Shown here piece by piece: positions 8,751 to 17,267 of a stretch of DNA of 42,498 nt. Every line of letters begins with the position of its first letter. Position 1 is the stretch's first letter. The DNA comes from Alphaproteobacteria bacterium (GTDB lineage: Bacteria > Pseudomonadota > Alphaproteobacteria > Paracaedibacterales > CAIOTO01). The position numbers and the translations under genes were made by a program. The stretch is from the NCBI GenBank assembly GCA_030727085.1, contig JANRCF010000035.1, forward strand, positions 3,820 to 46,317, given 5' to 3'. The notes under the pieces were generated by a model that was not told the origin of the DNA, did no database searches, and saw only the letters and a program-made list of their open reading frames with translations.

Positions 8751-10145
8751 TTAGCTGTATCTATCTTCTAATTCTGCTAATGAAAGCCTCTCGCTCACTG
8801 TAAAGCCCAGCTTTGTAAGTTTTTCAAATAAGTCATGTAGATGGCCCTTTCCTACATACGCAAAAGCAGATTTGAACACCCTTTGATTTAATGCCATTAT
8901 TCTTTGAATCCAAATATTGTTCCTTTCAAGAAGGTTTAGTGAATTATCTTTGATAAGTTCGTTGGAATAAAAATTACCATAGCCCATCGCGGATTCAAAA
9001 GTTACTTGTTTAGATTTTTGTTTTGCTTCGTCTGGATGTGTTTGTAATGATTCGATTCTATTTTTGAAAGCATAAAAACCATTTTCACAATTTTTATCGA
9101 TTGTTTCTATAAGTTCTTGTGCGCAAGATTCGTTGTAACGGTCAGCAGATTCTTCAAAAGCATAGAGCGTTTTTCCACATGATGATGTCATGTAATGTAA
9201 ATGATCGTCCATCCCGCCACATATAGGTCTTGTATAGGATGTATCACCCGTAAAACTTTCGTGCAGGAATTCTAATGCTATGGGATGTAGTTCTTTACCA
9301 TTGCGTGAAGGGACTATGGCAATCTTACCCTTTATTTTTAACTTCTTTGGATAAGATGCAGGCCAATCTTTGGTTGATCCAAAATCAGCTTCTACATTAT
9401 CATCAGTGACTATTATGCCTGCGTTTTCATACCAGAAATTGTTTGAATCAAAGATTTTAGACATTTGTGTATTAACATCTTTTTGGAGTTTTTCTTCGTT
9501 TATACTATCATCGGAATTTAGGTAGTATTGTTTAAGCGTTTCACTAAGATAGAATTCTCGAACATATTTCTGTATCTTTTGCATCCGTCTTTCTGTCATG
9601 TAAGGGGTAAGATTTTCATCTTCCTCAACATCATGATTTTCTTCTGAAATTTCAGATGTCAGCCCAGGTAAAAGCTTGCCACAAATTTCATTTATTACAA
9701 AATCTGACGCGTTAATAATATCATGCGCTATTCTGTAAGTTAGCATGCACCCCAAAGGAACAGTGTGGGTTGTACCTAGAATCAACATTTTTTGTCCATT
9801 TCGAAATGTGACCTCATAGATAGGAGGGCAAGGATGTTCAGGATATTTTGTTAAACGTAGATCAATACGTGGATCAATAGCCCGTTTGAGCATTTCTTGT
9901 GCGATTGGGATTAGTGATAAACGAGAAGTTGTTTCATGTAGCTCTAAGAAATGGACCACAGTCCGCATGGATGTTTCTTCAGTTTTTAATGGATGTATCA
10001 CGCCTGAATTTATTAATGGCATAGCAGATTCTGGTGAATTTTTATCATTATTGCAGGCAGCATAAGCACAATCTGTAATGATATGGCATAGCACTATGAT
10101 AGATATCTTGATGTATTTATTATAAGGATTGATTTTAATTATCAT
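8751..10145 (-). CDS. Secreted TraB/GumN (Tiki-like) family protein
   Basis: 464 aa with a hydrophobic N-terminus (ISIIVLCHIITDCAYA). It has MLILGTTHTVPL near the N-terminus and FAYVGKGHLHDLFEKLTKLGFTV near the C-terminus. These fit the GxxH ... VGxxHL...G..V pattern of the TraB/PrgY/GumN family. AT-rich (about 37% GC in a 60-nt spot count). Confidence 0.55.
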   Translation of the reverse strand: MIIKINPYNKYIKISIIVLCHIITDCAYAACNNDKNSPESAMPLINSGVIHPLKTEETSMRTVVHFLELHETTSRLSLIPIAQEMLKRAIDPRIDLRLTKYPEHPCPPIYEVTFRNGQKMLILGTTHTVPLGCMLTYRIAHDIINASDFVINEICGKLLPGLTSEISEENHDVEEDENLTPYMTERRMQKIQKYVREFYLSETLKQYYLNSDDSINEEKLQKDVNTQMSKIFDSNNFWYENAGIIVTDDNVEADFGSTKDWPASYPKKLKIKGKIAIVPSRNGKELHPIALEFLHESFTGDTSYTRPICGGMDDHLHYMTSSCGKTLYAFEESADRYNESCAQELIETIDKNCENGFYAFKNRIESLQTHPDEAKQKSKQVTFESAMGYGNFYSNELIKDNSLNLLERNNIWIQRIMALNQRVFKSAFAYVGKGHLHDLFEKLTKLGFTVSERLSLAELEDRYS

Positions 10146-10307
10146 TTTTATTTACGGATCTGGTCTTAAGTATAATGGCTAATTTATATATAGGCATTAT
10201 TATTTTATTTTCAAGTTTTTTTGTTTAAAAGACTGAAAAGCAACACAGGGATTCTAAATTGGCACGTAGACGCTAATACATGTCACATAGAGAAGGCTGT
10301 TTTAACG

Positions 10308-11399
10308 TTAAGTAAGATCTTTAGCTGATGGATTTTTTCGTGTTGTGCGTCCCATCATTTCCCTAACCAACACACCAATAACGGCTGCTGTTGGAATTGC
10401 CAGCAAAATCCCGGCAAAACCAAACCATGTGCCCCCTGCAAGCAACGAAAATAAAATAATAACTGGGTGTAGACCAATACGCCCTCCAACAAACCAAGGC
10501 GTTAGAATCTTTCCTTCAATCAATAATACGAAAAAGAATACAAATATAATGCTTATAACTTGTCCCCAGCTTACGAATGTTGTGAATGCAATGCTAAGTG
10601 ATGCGCACAAACCAATTATCATGCCTAAGTAGGGTATAAAGGTTAAAACACCTGTCATTATCCCTAAAAACCAAAATTTCTCAATCCCTGTGAGAAAAAG
10701 CCCAATCACGCAGAGCGCTCCCACTGCCATGCAGACAGTTGATTGGCCAATAAGATAGGCGGTTAATGTAGCATCGATACGTTTGAAGATGCGGCGGACT
10801 GTTGGTGCTATCGTGTCTGGTAAACGTTGATTGACATTGTGAATAAGTTTAGGCCAATCGCGTAGCATATAAAACATGATGACTGGCGTTAAAATAGCAA
10901 GTGTGAGGATATTTGCCAGCAGCATACCATTGCTGAGTAGGTTTATGATCAATTGAACTGACCATTTAACGATATCACCTAAATAGGCGGAAACTTGTCC
11001 GCGTATATTGGTGGCTGTAAGTGGATCTCCACTTATAGATGATAAGAGCGGCTGTATCTTGGCCATAACATGTTCAGCAAAATTAGGGATGCCCTTTACA
11101 AGTGAAACAAGTTCATTTTGCAAATAGGGTAATACCACTGAACTCACAAGAAACAGTACGATCAGGAATGTTAGAATTATTAACCCTGCGGCAATGCTGC
11201 GTGGTATGTAGCGTTCAAGTCGGTGCGCGATTTTATTAAAAAGATAAGCGCCAATAAAAGCAGTAAAAAATGGTTCACCAATGCCATCAAGGCTGTGAAT
11301 GATGCCGGCACTGATCACTACAGTGAGTATGATTACCAGGAACCACCTGAAAAAATTTGGATGCGCGATAAAAGTGGACAAAGATCTTTGCATAGACAA
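10308..11399 (-). CDS. AI-2E family transporter (PerM/YhhT-like permease)
   Basis: 363 aa, polytopic membrane protein. The C-terminal LLIEGKILTPWFVGGRIGLHPVIILFSLLAGGTWFGFAGILLAIPTAAVIGVL is the characteristic AI-2E/UPF0118 block. Confidence 0.85.
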   Translation of the reverse strand: MSMQRSLSTFIAHPNFFRWFLVIILTVVISAGIIHSLDGIGEPFFTAFIGAYLFNKIAHRLERYIPRSIAAGLIILTFLIVLFLVSSVVLPYLQNELVSLVKGIPNFAEHVMAKIQPLLSSISGDPLTATNIRGQVSAYLGDIVKWSVQLIINLLSNGMLLANILTLAILTPVIMFYMLRDWPKLIHNVNQRLPDTIAPTVRRIFKRIDATLTAYLIGQSTVCMAVGALCVIGLFLTGIEKFWFLGIMTGVLTFIPYLGMIIGLCASLSIAFTTFVSWGQVISIIFVFFFVLLIEGKILTPWFVGGRIGLHPVIILFSLLAGGTWFGFAGILLAIPTAAVIGVLVREMMGRTTRKNPSAKDLT

Positions 11400-11961
11400 A
11401 GCCTGATAAAAGTGTTGTTGCTAGTGTGCCATAGATTAACGCACTAGAAAAGAGGGGATAAAAATTAAGAGGTGGGAGGAGGGGGATTAAGAGTAACCAG
11501 CCCACGAGTGACATTTGTAGGCCTGTATTATATTTGCTGATTCTTATGGGGTTAAGTGTGTATGGAATCTTTTTTTTCTTGATCCAAAGGCCCCCAAGCA
11601 CAATAAGTAAATCTCTAAACACAACAATACTTATAAGCCAAAAGGGTAGTTTTCCTATCACAAAAAGACCTACACAAACGCATGTAACAAAGACTTTGTC
11701 GGCAATTGGGTCAAAGGTTCGGCCAAACTCAGATTCAATTCCTAAAAAACGTGCACTGGCGCCATCAAGCCAGTCGGTAAGGCTTGCAAAACAGACAAGC
11801 CAGAATGCCAAGGTAGCATGATTGGCAAGTAAGGCCCAAAGCACAAAAGGGCCCGCCAAAAGACGAAGCCCTGTTAATGCTTGTGGAATCCAAAAGTAAG
11901 GACGGAAGTTAGCCAACAATTTCTGTCCTGCTAAAGAAGTATGAAATTTCAGATGCTGCAT
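11287..11961 (-). CDS. pgsA: CDP-diacylglycerol--glycerol-3-phosphate 3-phosphatidyltransferase
   Basis: Carries the CDP-alcohol phosphatidyltransferase motif [27 protein letters not shown] (D-G-x2-A-R-x8-G-x3-D-x3-D). The listed ORF reaches 12117, but that part overlaps ndk out of frame. I place the start at ATG 11961 (MQHLKFH...); TTG codons at 11919 and 11916 are alternatives. Confidence 0.85.
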   Translation of the reverse strand: MQHLKFHTSLAGQKLLANFRPYFWIPQALTGLRLLAGPFVLWALLANHATLAFWLVCFASLTDWLDGASARFLGIESEFGRTFDPIADKVFVTCVCVGLFVIGKLPFWLISIVVFRDLLIVLGGLWIKKKKIPYTLNPIRISKYNTGLQMSLVGWLLLIPLLPPLNFYPLFSSALIYGTLATTLLSGFVYAKIFVHFYRASKFFQVVPGNHTHCSDQCRHHSQP

Positions 11962-12331
11962 TTTCTTCGGAATCTGATCCATGCACAGAGTTTGCTTCAA
12001 TAGATTCAGCAAATTCTTTGCGAATTGTGCCTTCAGCTGCGTTTGCTGGGTTTGTTGCTCCCATAATATCACGATACTTAACAACAGCATCGCTTCCTTC
12101 GAGTACTTGTACAACAACAGGGCCTGTTGTCATGAATTCACACAAATCACTGAAAAATGAGCGTTCTGCGTGAACGGCATAAAAGCCTTCTGCTTGTGCG
12201 CGTGTTAACCAAAGGCGCTTTTGCGCGATAATACGAAGACCAGCATCTTCGATTTTTGCATTGATCTTTCCAGTAAGGTTGCGACGTGTAACATCGGGCT
12301 TTAGGATGGAAAGTGTTTGTTGAACAGACAT
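11909..12331 (-). CDS. ndk: Nucleoside diphosphate kinase
   Basis: 140 aa. [32 protein letters not shown] and NSVHGSDS (active-site His) are canonical Ndk blocks. Confidence 0.97.
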   Translation of the reverse strand: MSVQQTLSILKPDVTRRNLTGKINAKIEDAGLRIIAQKRLWLTRAQAEGFYAVHAERSFFSDLCEFMTTGPVVVQVLEGSDAVVKYRDIMGATNPANAAEGTIRKEFAESIEANSVHGSDSEENAASEISYFFSRTEIVG

Positions 12332-12649
12332 GTTGGTACCTTAAAATTTATCAAATTGTTATCCTTATTTAATAGGATAAAAAAGTTGAAAAAGCAAGGG
12401 TAAGTCGCTGGAGGTTTTGTTTCTATAGAAAATGCGCTGATTTTGTTTGTTTTTTTGCTACACAAAACATGAAAATATATAAGCGCTGTGTAAGTGGTAA
12501 ATGGCAGTTCTTGTTTTTGTATGAATGTCATTAAGTTGACATCCGTAATACTTATACTGTAGAAAGTAAATATGCCTTTGATCAGCCTGAGGCTTGCGTA
12601 ATACTTTTCATCCGTACTTTAACCGTTTTTTAAGAGTTAGCGATTTAAT

Positions 12650-13237
12650 ATGATCTTAGTGCAAAAACGAATGTATCAGCCTCTGATGAAAAATCGATTG
12701 AAGATTAAGAGAAATCTTAAGTATATTTTTCCATTTTGTGGTTTTTCAGTGCTTTTATTCGTTTTTTTGGGCGTTGGTATACGTACTCATATTATCTCAG
12801 ATGCTTTTTCGTCATTCAATCTTAATTATGCATCAAATCTAAAATATGGGGGGCATAATCAAAAAGGTCAGCCATTTCATATCCAGTCTGAACGTGGCAC
12901 CGAGCTTTCCGACAAAGAAGTTGTGTTTGATCAATTGAAAGCTGCTGTTGATCTTAAAAAAGGAGAGACGCTTAATATCGAGGCGAACAGAGGTGCGTTT
13001 GATAAGGCATCAAAAACAATGGAACTTAATGGAAATGTGCGACTTAAGCACGCTAATGGCTTGACATTACACACGACAGAGGCGACCATTAATATGGCGA
13101 ATGGTTCAGCAGAAAATAACTCTCCTATCGAAGGCACAAGTGATCGTGCTCATATAAAAGCTAAAGGTTTTCGTATGGAAGGGGAAAATCAAATCGTATT
13201 TTTAGGTAATCCAGAGCTAACAATTCGTGCACATTAA
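12650..13237 (+). CDS. lptC: LPS export system protein LptC (by context and topology)
   Basis: 195 aa with a single N-terminal TM segment (IFPFCGFSVLLFVFLGVGI) followed by a beta-rich periplasmic part. It sits immediately upstream of the lptA-lptB-rpoN cluster. Sequence-level recognition is weak. Confidence 0.6.
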   Translation: MILVQKRMYQPLMKNRLKIKRNLKYIFPFCGFSVLLFVFLGVGIRTHIISDAFSSFNLNYASNLKYGGHNQKGQPFHIQSERGTELSDKEVVFDQLKAAVDLKKGETLNIEANRGAFDKASKTMELNGNVRLKHANGLTLHTTEATINMANGSAENNSPIEGTSDRAHIKAKGFRMEGENQIVFLGNPELTIRAH

Positions 13238-13275
13238 ATAAGTTCGTTGTGTAATTAATTTGAAGAAAAGGTTTA

Positions 13276-13698
13276 TTGTTTATGGAAGTTAAATCTAGAA
13301 AATATTTTATTAGGGATATTTACCTTTATCTAATGTGCGCTATAGCATGTCTTATGATTACGTTTAAAACAACCGAGCTTTGCCGTAATTTTGTTGAAAT
13401 GTATAATGCGCCCAGAATTTCTCTTCCCGACGAACTAGGAGCTGTCAGTTTTGGCGAGAGAAGAGATGTGTATAAAAATTTAACTCCTGAGAAAATAGAA
13501 GAGCTTCGGCAACAAAAAATTAAACTCTATAACAGCGAGAAAGCAAACATAGAGATTGATTCTAAAAATAAAATAAAGACTCATATTTTACAAAACATGC
13601 TAGACATTTTTGTGTGGATGTTAATGTTTATACCGCATCTATATTTCGCAAGAATTTCTCGTTCCCAAAAATCTAACAGTTCAGATGATCATAAATGA
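13276..13698 (+). CDS. Hypothetical small membrane protein inserted between lptC and lptA
   Basis: 140-aa ORF (TTG at 13276, or ATG at 13282). It has hydrophobic segments near both ends (IYLYLMCAIACLMITF and MLDIFVWMLMFIPHLYF). Its stop overlaps the lptA start in an ATGA at 13695..13698. Confidence 0.45.
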   Translation: MFMEVKSRKYFIRDIYLYLMCAIACLMITFKTTELCRNFVEMYNAPRISLPDELGAVSFGERRDVYKNLTPEKIEELRQQKIKLYNSEKANIEIDSKNKIKTHILQNMLDIFVWMLMFIPHLYFARISRSQKSNSSDDHK

Positions 13699-14273
13699 AA
13701 GTAGCCATACATATTGTGTATGTTTTTTTTAGTGTTGTTCTTTCTGTAAAAGCAGAAGGTGATATGGTTATTCGTGGCGAAACAATGCGTCACGATACAA
13801 AAGAGAATATTACAACCGCCGATGGTGGTTTAGGTTTTGCAACAGCTGATTGGGGCACAAACAAAACATTGAAAAAATTGCAAGCTAGAGTAATTAGTGC
13901 AAAGACGTATAAAAATACTGCTGAATTAACCAAAGACATATCCGCTAATGTTAAGACTGATGCAGCTACAGATAGCTTTGGTCAAGATATAGAATGGCTC
14001 GAGGCTAAAGATCACGTTCAAGTGACATTTCCAAATCGAACCATGACGGCTGATTATTGTAAAAGCCAGGGGAAAAAAATTAACTGCACAGGAAATGTGA
14101 CTATCATTTCGGGCAGAAATCACGTAAAAGGTGACAAAGGGTCCTTTGATCTTGAAAAAGACCAATATGAAATTTCAACAAATCAAGCGACTAAACAGCA
14201 AGTTGAAGCAACGCTTTATTCAGCTAAGAATCAGATTGAATCATCGCCTGGCTTAGCTGCTGTGGGCGCATAG
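13695..14273 (+). CDS. lptA: LPS transport periplasmic protein LptA (OstA-like)
   Basis: 192 aa with the signal peptide [20 protein letters not shown]. It has beta-rich OstA-like repeats (ITTADGG..., [30 protein letters not shown]). It lies directly upstream of lptB. Confidence 0.65.
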   Translation: MKVAIHIVYVFFSVVLSVKAEGDMVIRGETMRHDTKENITTADGGLGFATADWGTNKTLKKLQARVISAKTYKNTAELTKDISANVKTDAATDSFGQDIEWLEAKDHVQVTFPNRTMTADYCKSQGKKINCTGNVTIISGRNHVKGDKGSFDLEKDQYEISTNQATKQQVEATLYSAKNQIESSPGLAAVGA

Positions 14274-14283
14274 GAATCTATAC

Positions 14284-15036
14284 ATGCCAACTACTCCCGT
14301 TCAATCAGCGGCTCCATCAACGCTTATTGCTAAGCAAATCAGCAAAACATATGGTAAACGGCCTATTCTGCAAGGGGTTGATTTAAGCCTGACAGAGGGT
14401 GAAGCTGTTGGTCTATTAGGGCCTAATGGTGCTGGTAAGACAACCTGTTTTTCAATTTTGACGGGGCTTGTAAAGCCCGATCTTGGAAAAATTTATTTGA
14501 ATGGTGACGATATTACACACACGCCACTTTATTTTAGAGCGCGTAGTGGTATTGGGTATTTACCGCAAGATGCGTCGATTTTTCGTGGCATGACAGTTGA
14601 AGAAAATATACTGGCAGCGCTTGAGTTATATGAAAAAGATTATGACAAACGACAAACATTTTTGAACTTATTGCTGGATGAATTTTCAATCAGTCATTTG
14701 CGTGGGTCGCCTGCGATTGCATTGTCAGGTGGTGAACGCCGCCGCGTGGAAATTGCTAGGGCTCTTGCAACACGTCCGCATTTTTTGTTGTTGGATGAAC
14801 CTTTGGCAGGTATTGACCCGATTGCGGTGGGCGAAATTCGTGAAGTTATTTTGCATTTAAAATCGCTTGGAATCGGAATTTTGATTACGGACCATAATGT
14901 GCGTGAGACACTGGATATTGTTGATCGTGCGTACATCATTGCAGGCGGTCAAGTCTTGTGTGAAGGTACACCGGAAGAAATCATTAGTAATGAAAATGTT
15001 CGCCGTGTTTATTTGGGTGAACGGTTTAGTCTTTGA
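14284..15036 (+). CDS. lptB: LPS export ABC transporter ATP-binding protein
   Basis: 250 aa. Walker [10 protein letters not shown], signature [15 protein letters not shown] and Walker B LLLDEP. The position between lptA and rpoN is the conserved one. Confidence 0.93.
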   Translation: MPTTPVQSAAPSTLIAKQISKTYGKRPILQGVDLSLTEGEAVGLLGPNGAGKTTCFSILTGLVKPDLGKIYLNGDDITHTPLYFRARSGIGYLPQDASIFRGMTVEENILAALELYEKDYDKRQTFLNLLLDEFSISHLRGSPAIALSGGERRRVEIARALATRPHFLLLDEPLAGIDPIAVGEIREVILHLKSLGIGILITDHNVRETLDIVDRAYIIAGGQVLCEGTPEEIISNENVRRVYLGERFSL

Positions 15037-15176
15037 GACGCGGTGTTTTTTCCCTCCAGCGTCAATCTTTTCCGCTATACGTAACAAATGGAAATATCAC
15101 TCTTCCTTCAAAAAACACATAAAAATCCATTCCTCGTTTACTTAGAATAAAGGATTGTCTCTTTATACTGAAAAGT

Positions 15177-16562
15177 ATGATGAGACATGAACAAAATATA
15201 TCGGTTCGCCAGACCACCGAACTATCGATGACGCCGCGCTTGCAGCAGGCGATTGCCCTGTTGCAACTATCAACGGCCGAATTGAATGCATATGTGGATC
15301 AGCAACTGCTGGAAAACCCGCTTTTATTGCAAGAGCAGGATAATTCTTTTGATGCGCCTGATAATAGTAATGATTCAGACAATGATGGGTCTGATACTTT
15401 TGATGAACCTGGTTCGGCTTCCTCTGATGATGCAAATCAAACGCCATTATGGAAATCACACAAGACACTGGGCGAATATTTAATTGAGCAAATTCATATG
15501 GCATTGCCAGATGATGTAGATCAGCTGATTGCTTTTGAATTGATGCTGCATCTTGATGAAGATGGATTGCTTGATGAAGATTGGGTCGAGGTGGCCGAGG
15601 TTTTAGGTGTGACAGATGGCCAGGTCGAATACGTTCTTAGCATTTTACAAAACTTTGATCCGCCTGGAATTTTTGCGCGTTCGGTTTCTGAATCGCTTAA
15701 GATCCAATTGATCGAGAAAAATAGTATTGATATAAGCCAGCTTGATGTGATGCTTAACGCGTTTCAACAGTTAGATCGTCATGATATTACTGAAGTCGCT
15801 AAGACAGCGCAGATCAATCTCAACGCGTTTAAAGAATTCTTGGGGCAGTTGCGGCATTTGCAATTTAGACCTGCTCATGCTTTTGTGCAAGATGATACTG
15901 TTGCCAGTATTATACATGATGTTCGTGTCGTTGCGCAGTCGGATGGCACGTTAGCAGTTGCGCTTAATTTTAGTAATCAGCCGCGTGTGTTGGTCAATAG
16001 CCAATATTATAATGATATCAAGGGCAAAGTGAGTCGCGCCGAGGAGCTAACTTACCTTAAAGAAAAATTTGCGGCGGCTAATTGGTTGATTCAGTCGCTT
16101 CAAAAACGTGCGGTGACATTGCTGCAGGCATCGTCTGAGATTGTGCATTGGCAGCAAGATTTTTTTGCATCATCTAATAATGCCTTAAAACCAATGACAC
16201 TTAAAGAAATTGCGGATGCGGCCGGTGTTCATGAGAGTACGGTCAGCCGTATTACTACCGCTAAGTATATCCAGACCCCCCGTGGGATGTTTGAACTGAA
16301 AAGCTTATTTGTGAGCTCCGTTGGTGTAAAGCACAATAGTGCCAATACATCATCAAATGAAATTCAAAGTGCATTGAAGCAAATCATTCAGGAAGAACCT
16401 AAAAATAGTCCTTTATCAGATGAAGATTTGGTTGGAATTTTACAGTCAAAAGGGCTTGCCGTGGCCCGACGCACAATATCGAAATATCGCACGATTTTGG
16501 GTATTGCATCATCGAGCGATCGCAAACGGCACTATGCGATGAAGCAATCGCTGGGGAGGTAG
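15177..16562 (+). CDS. rpoN: RNA polymerase sigma-54 factor
   Basis: 461 aa. N-terminal region I LSMTPRLQQAIALLQLS, an acidic region II, the HTH block GVHESTVSRI and the RpoN box ARRTISKYR. Confidence 0.95.
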   Translation: MMRHEQNISVRQTTELSMTPRLQQAIALLQLSTAELNAYVDQQLLENPLLLQEQDNSFDAPDNSNDSDNDGSDTFDEPGSASSDDANQTPLWKSHKTLGEYLIEQIHMALPDDVDQLIAFELMLHLDEDGLLDEDWVEVAEVLGVTDGQVEYVLSILQNFDPPGIFARSVSESLKIQLIEKNSIDISQLDVMLNAFQQLDRHDITEVAKTAQINLNAFKEFLGQLRHLQFRPAHAFVQDDTVASIIHDVRVVAQSDGTLAVALNFSNQPRVLVNSQYYNDIKGKVSRAEELTYLKEKFAAANWLIQSLQKRAVTLLQASSEIVHWQQDFFASSNNALKPMTLKEIADAAGVHESTVSRITTAKYIQTPRGMFELKSLFVSSVGVKHNSANTSSNEIQSALKQIIQEEPKNSPLSDEDLVGILQSKGLAVARRTISKYRTILGIASSSDRKRHYAMKQSLGR

Positions 16563-16725
16563 ATGAAAGCACAGAATTAAGTTATTTTTTTGCTACAAGA
16601 ACAGCTTGTGCAATGGCTTCATTCACCTTCGATGTTCAAATGATTTAGAAATATTACTTGGGGGTTCCTCATGATGGGTAGTGGAAGGTTCTAGGGGTAA
16701 TCTTGAATTTATGTTTGTCTAAGAT

Positions 16726-17052
16726 TTAGTGTGTTTTCTTCGTTGATTGAACAGCTGTTCCTGTGACTAGAACTTCACTTAAACCCTCTGCAATATTTGA
16801 TATCGAAAATCGAATCGCGACAATAGCGTCTGCTCCTATTGAATTTGCTTCAGCAATCATGCGTTCTGTAGCTTGCTGTCGAGCTTCCGATAAAAGCCCT
16901 GTGTAACTCTCAATTTCCCCGCCCGTGATAACTTTAAAACTTGCACGAAAATGTGCACCCACATGCCGGGTTCTAACAGTGTTTCCTGATACAATACCGA
17001 TAGTTTTGTATGTATTTCCATCAAAAAATTGATCTTGTGTAGTCAGTAGCAT
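16726..17052 (-). CDS. YbjQ family (UPF0145) protein
   Basis: 108 aa. IVSGNTVRTRHVGAHFRASFKVITGGEIESYTGLLSEARQQATERMIAEANSIGADAIVAIRF is typical of the YbjQ/UPF0145 family. Confidence 0.85.
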   Translation of the reverse strand: MLLTTQDQFFDGNTYKTIGIVSGNTVRTRHVGAHFRASFKVITGGEIESYTGLLSEARQQATERMIAEANSIGADAIVAIRFSISNIAEGLSEVLVTGTAVQSTKKTH

Positions 17053-17267
17053 AATTAACCATTTATGAAGATTAGATTTGGCTGTGATTTTACAGGTAAT
17101 AAATGTGTTTTGAAAAGATATAAGATGTTGCAGTGCGTAAATTTTTCTGATTGGTGTTTTCTATCATTGCCAATTAAATATTTAATGTCCTATCAATCCT
17201 TGAAACTTATTTTGTAAACCTGGTATGTTTAAAATGAATCAATAAACAATTATTAGAAGCCTCACTT

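Noticed and set aside
10259-10275. TGGCACG...GC resembling a sigma-54 -24/-12 promoter
   Set aside because: The GG-to-GC spacing is 9 nt instead of 10 and the -12 region (CGCT) does not match TTGC. On the + strand it would also fire antisense into the AI-2E transporter gene.
11962-12117. N-terminal 52-codon extension of the pgsA ORF
   Set aside because: It overlaps the 3' part of ndk in another frame and has no PgsA-like sequence. The conserved PgsA N-terminus ([11 protein letters not shown]) begins after the ATG at 11961.
12359-12380. 7-bp perfect inverted repeat ttatcct-N8-aggataa upstream of ndk, considered as an operator
   Set aside because: It is too short to distinguish from chance in AT-rich spacer, and I can match no known binding-site consensus.
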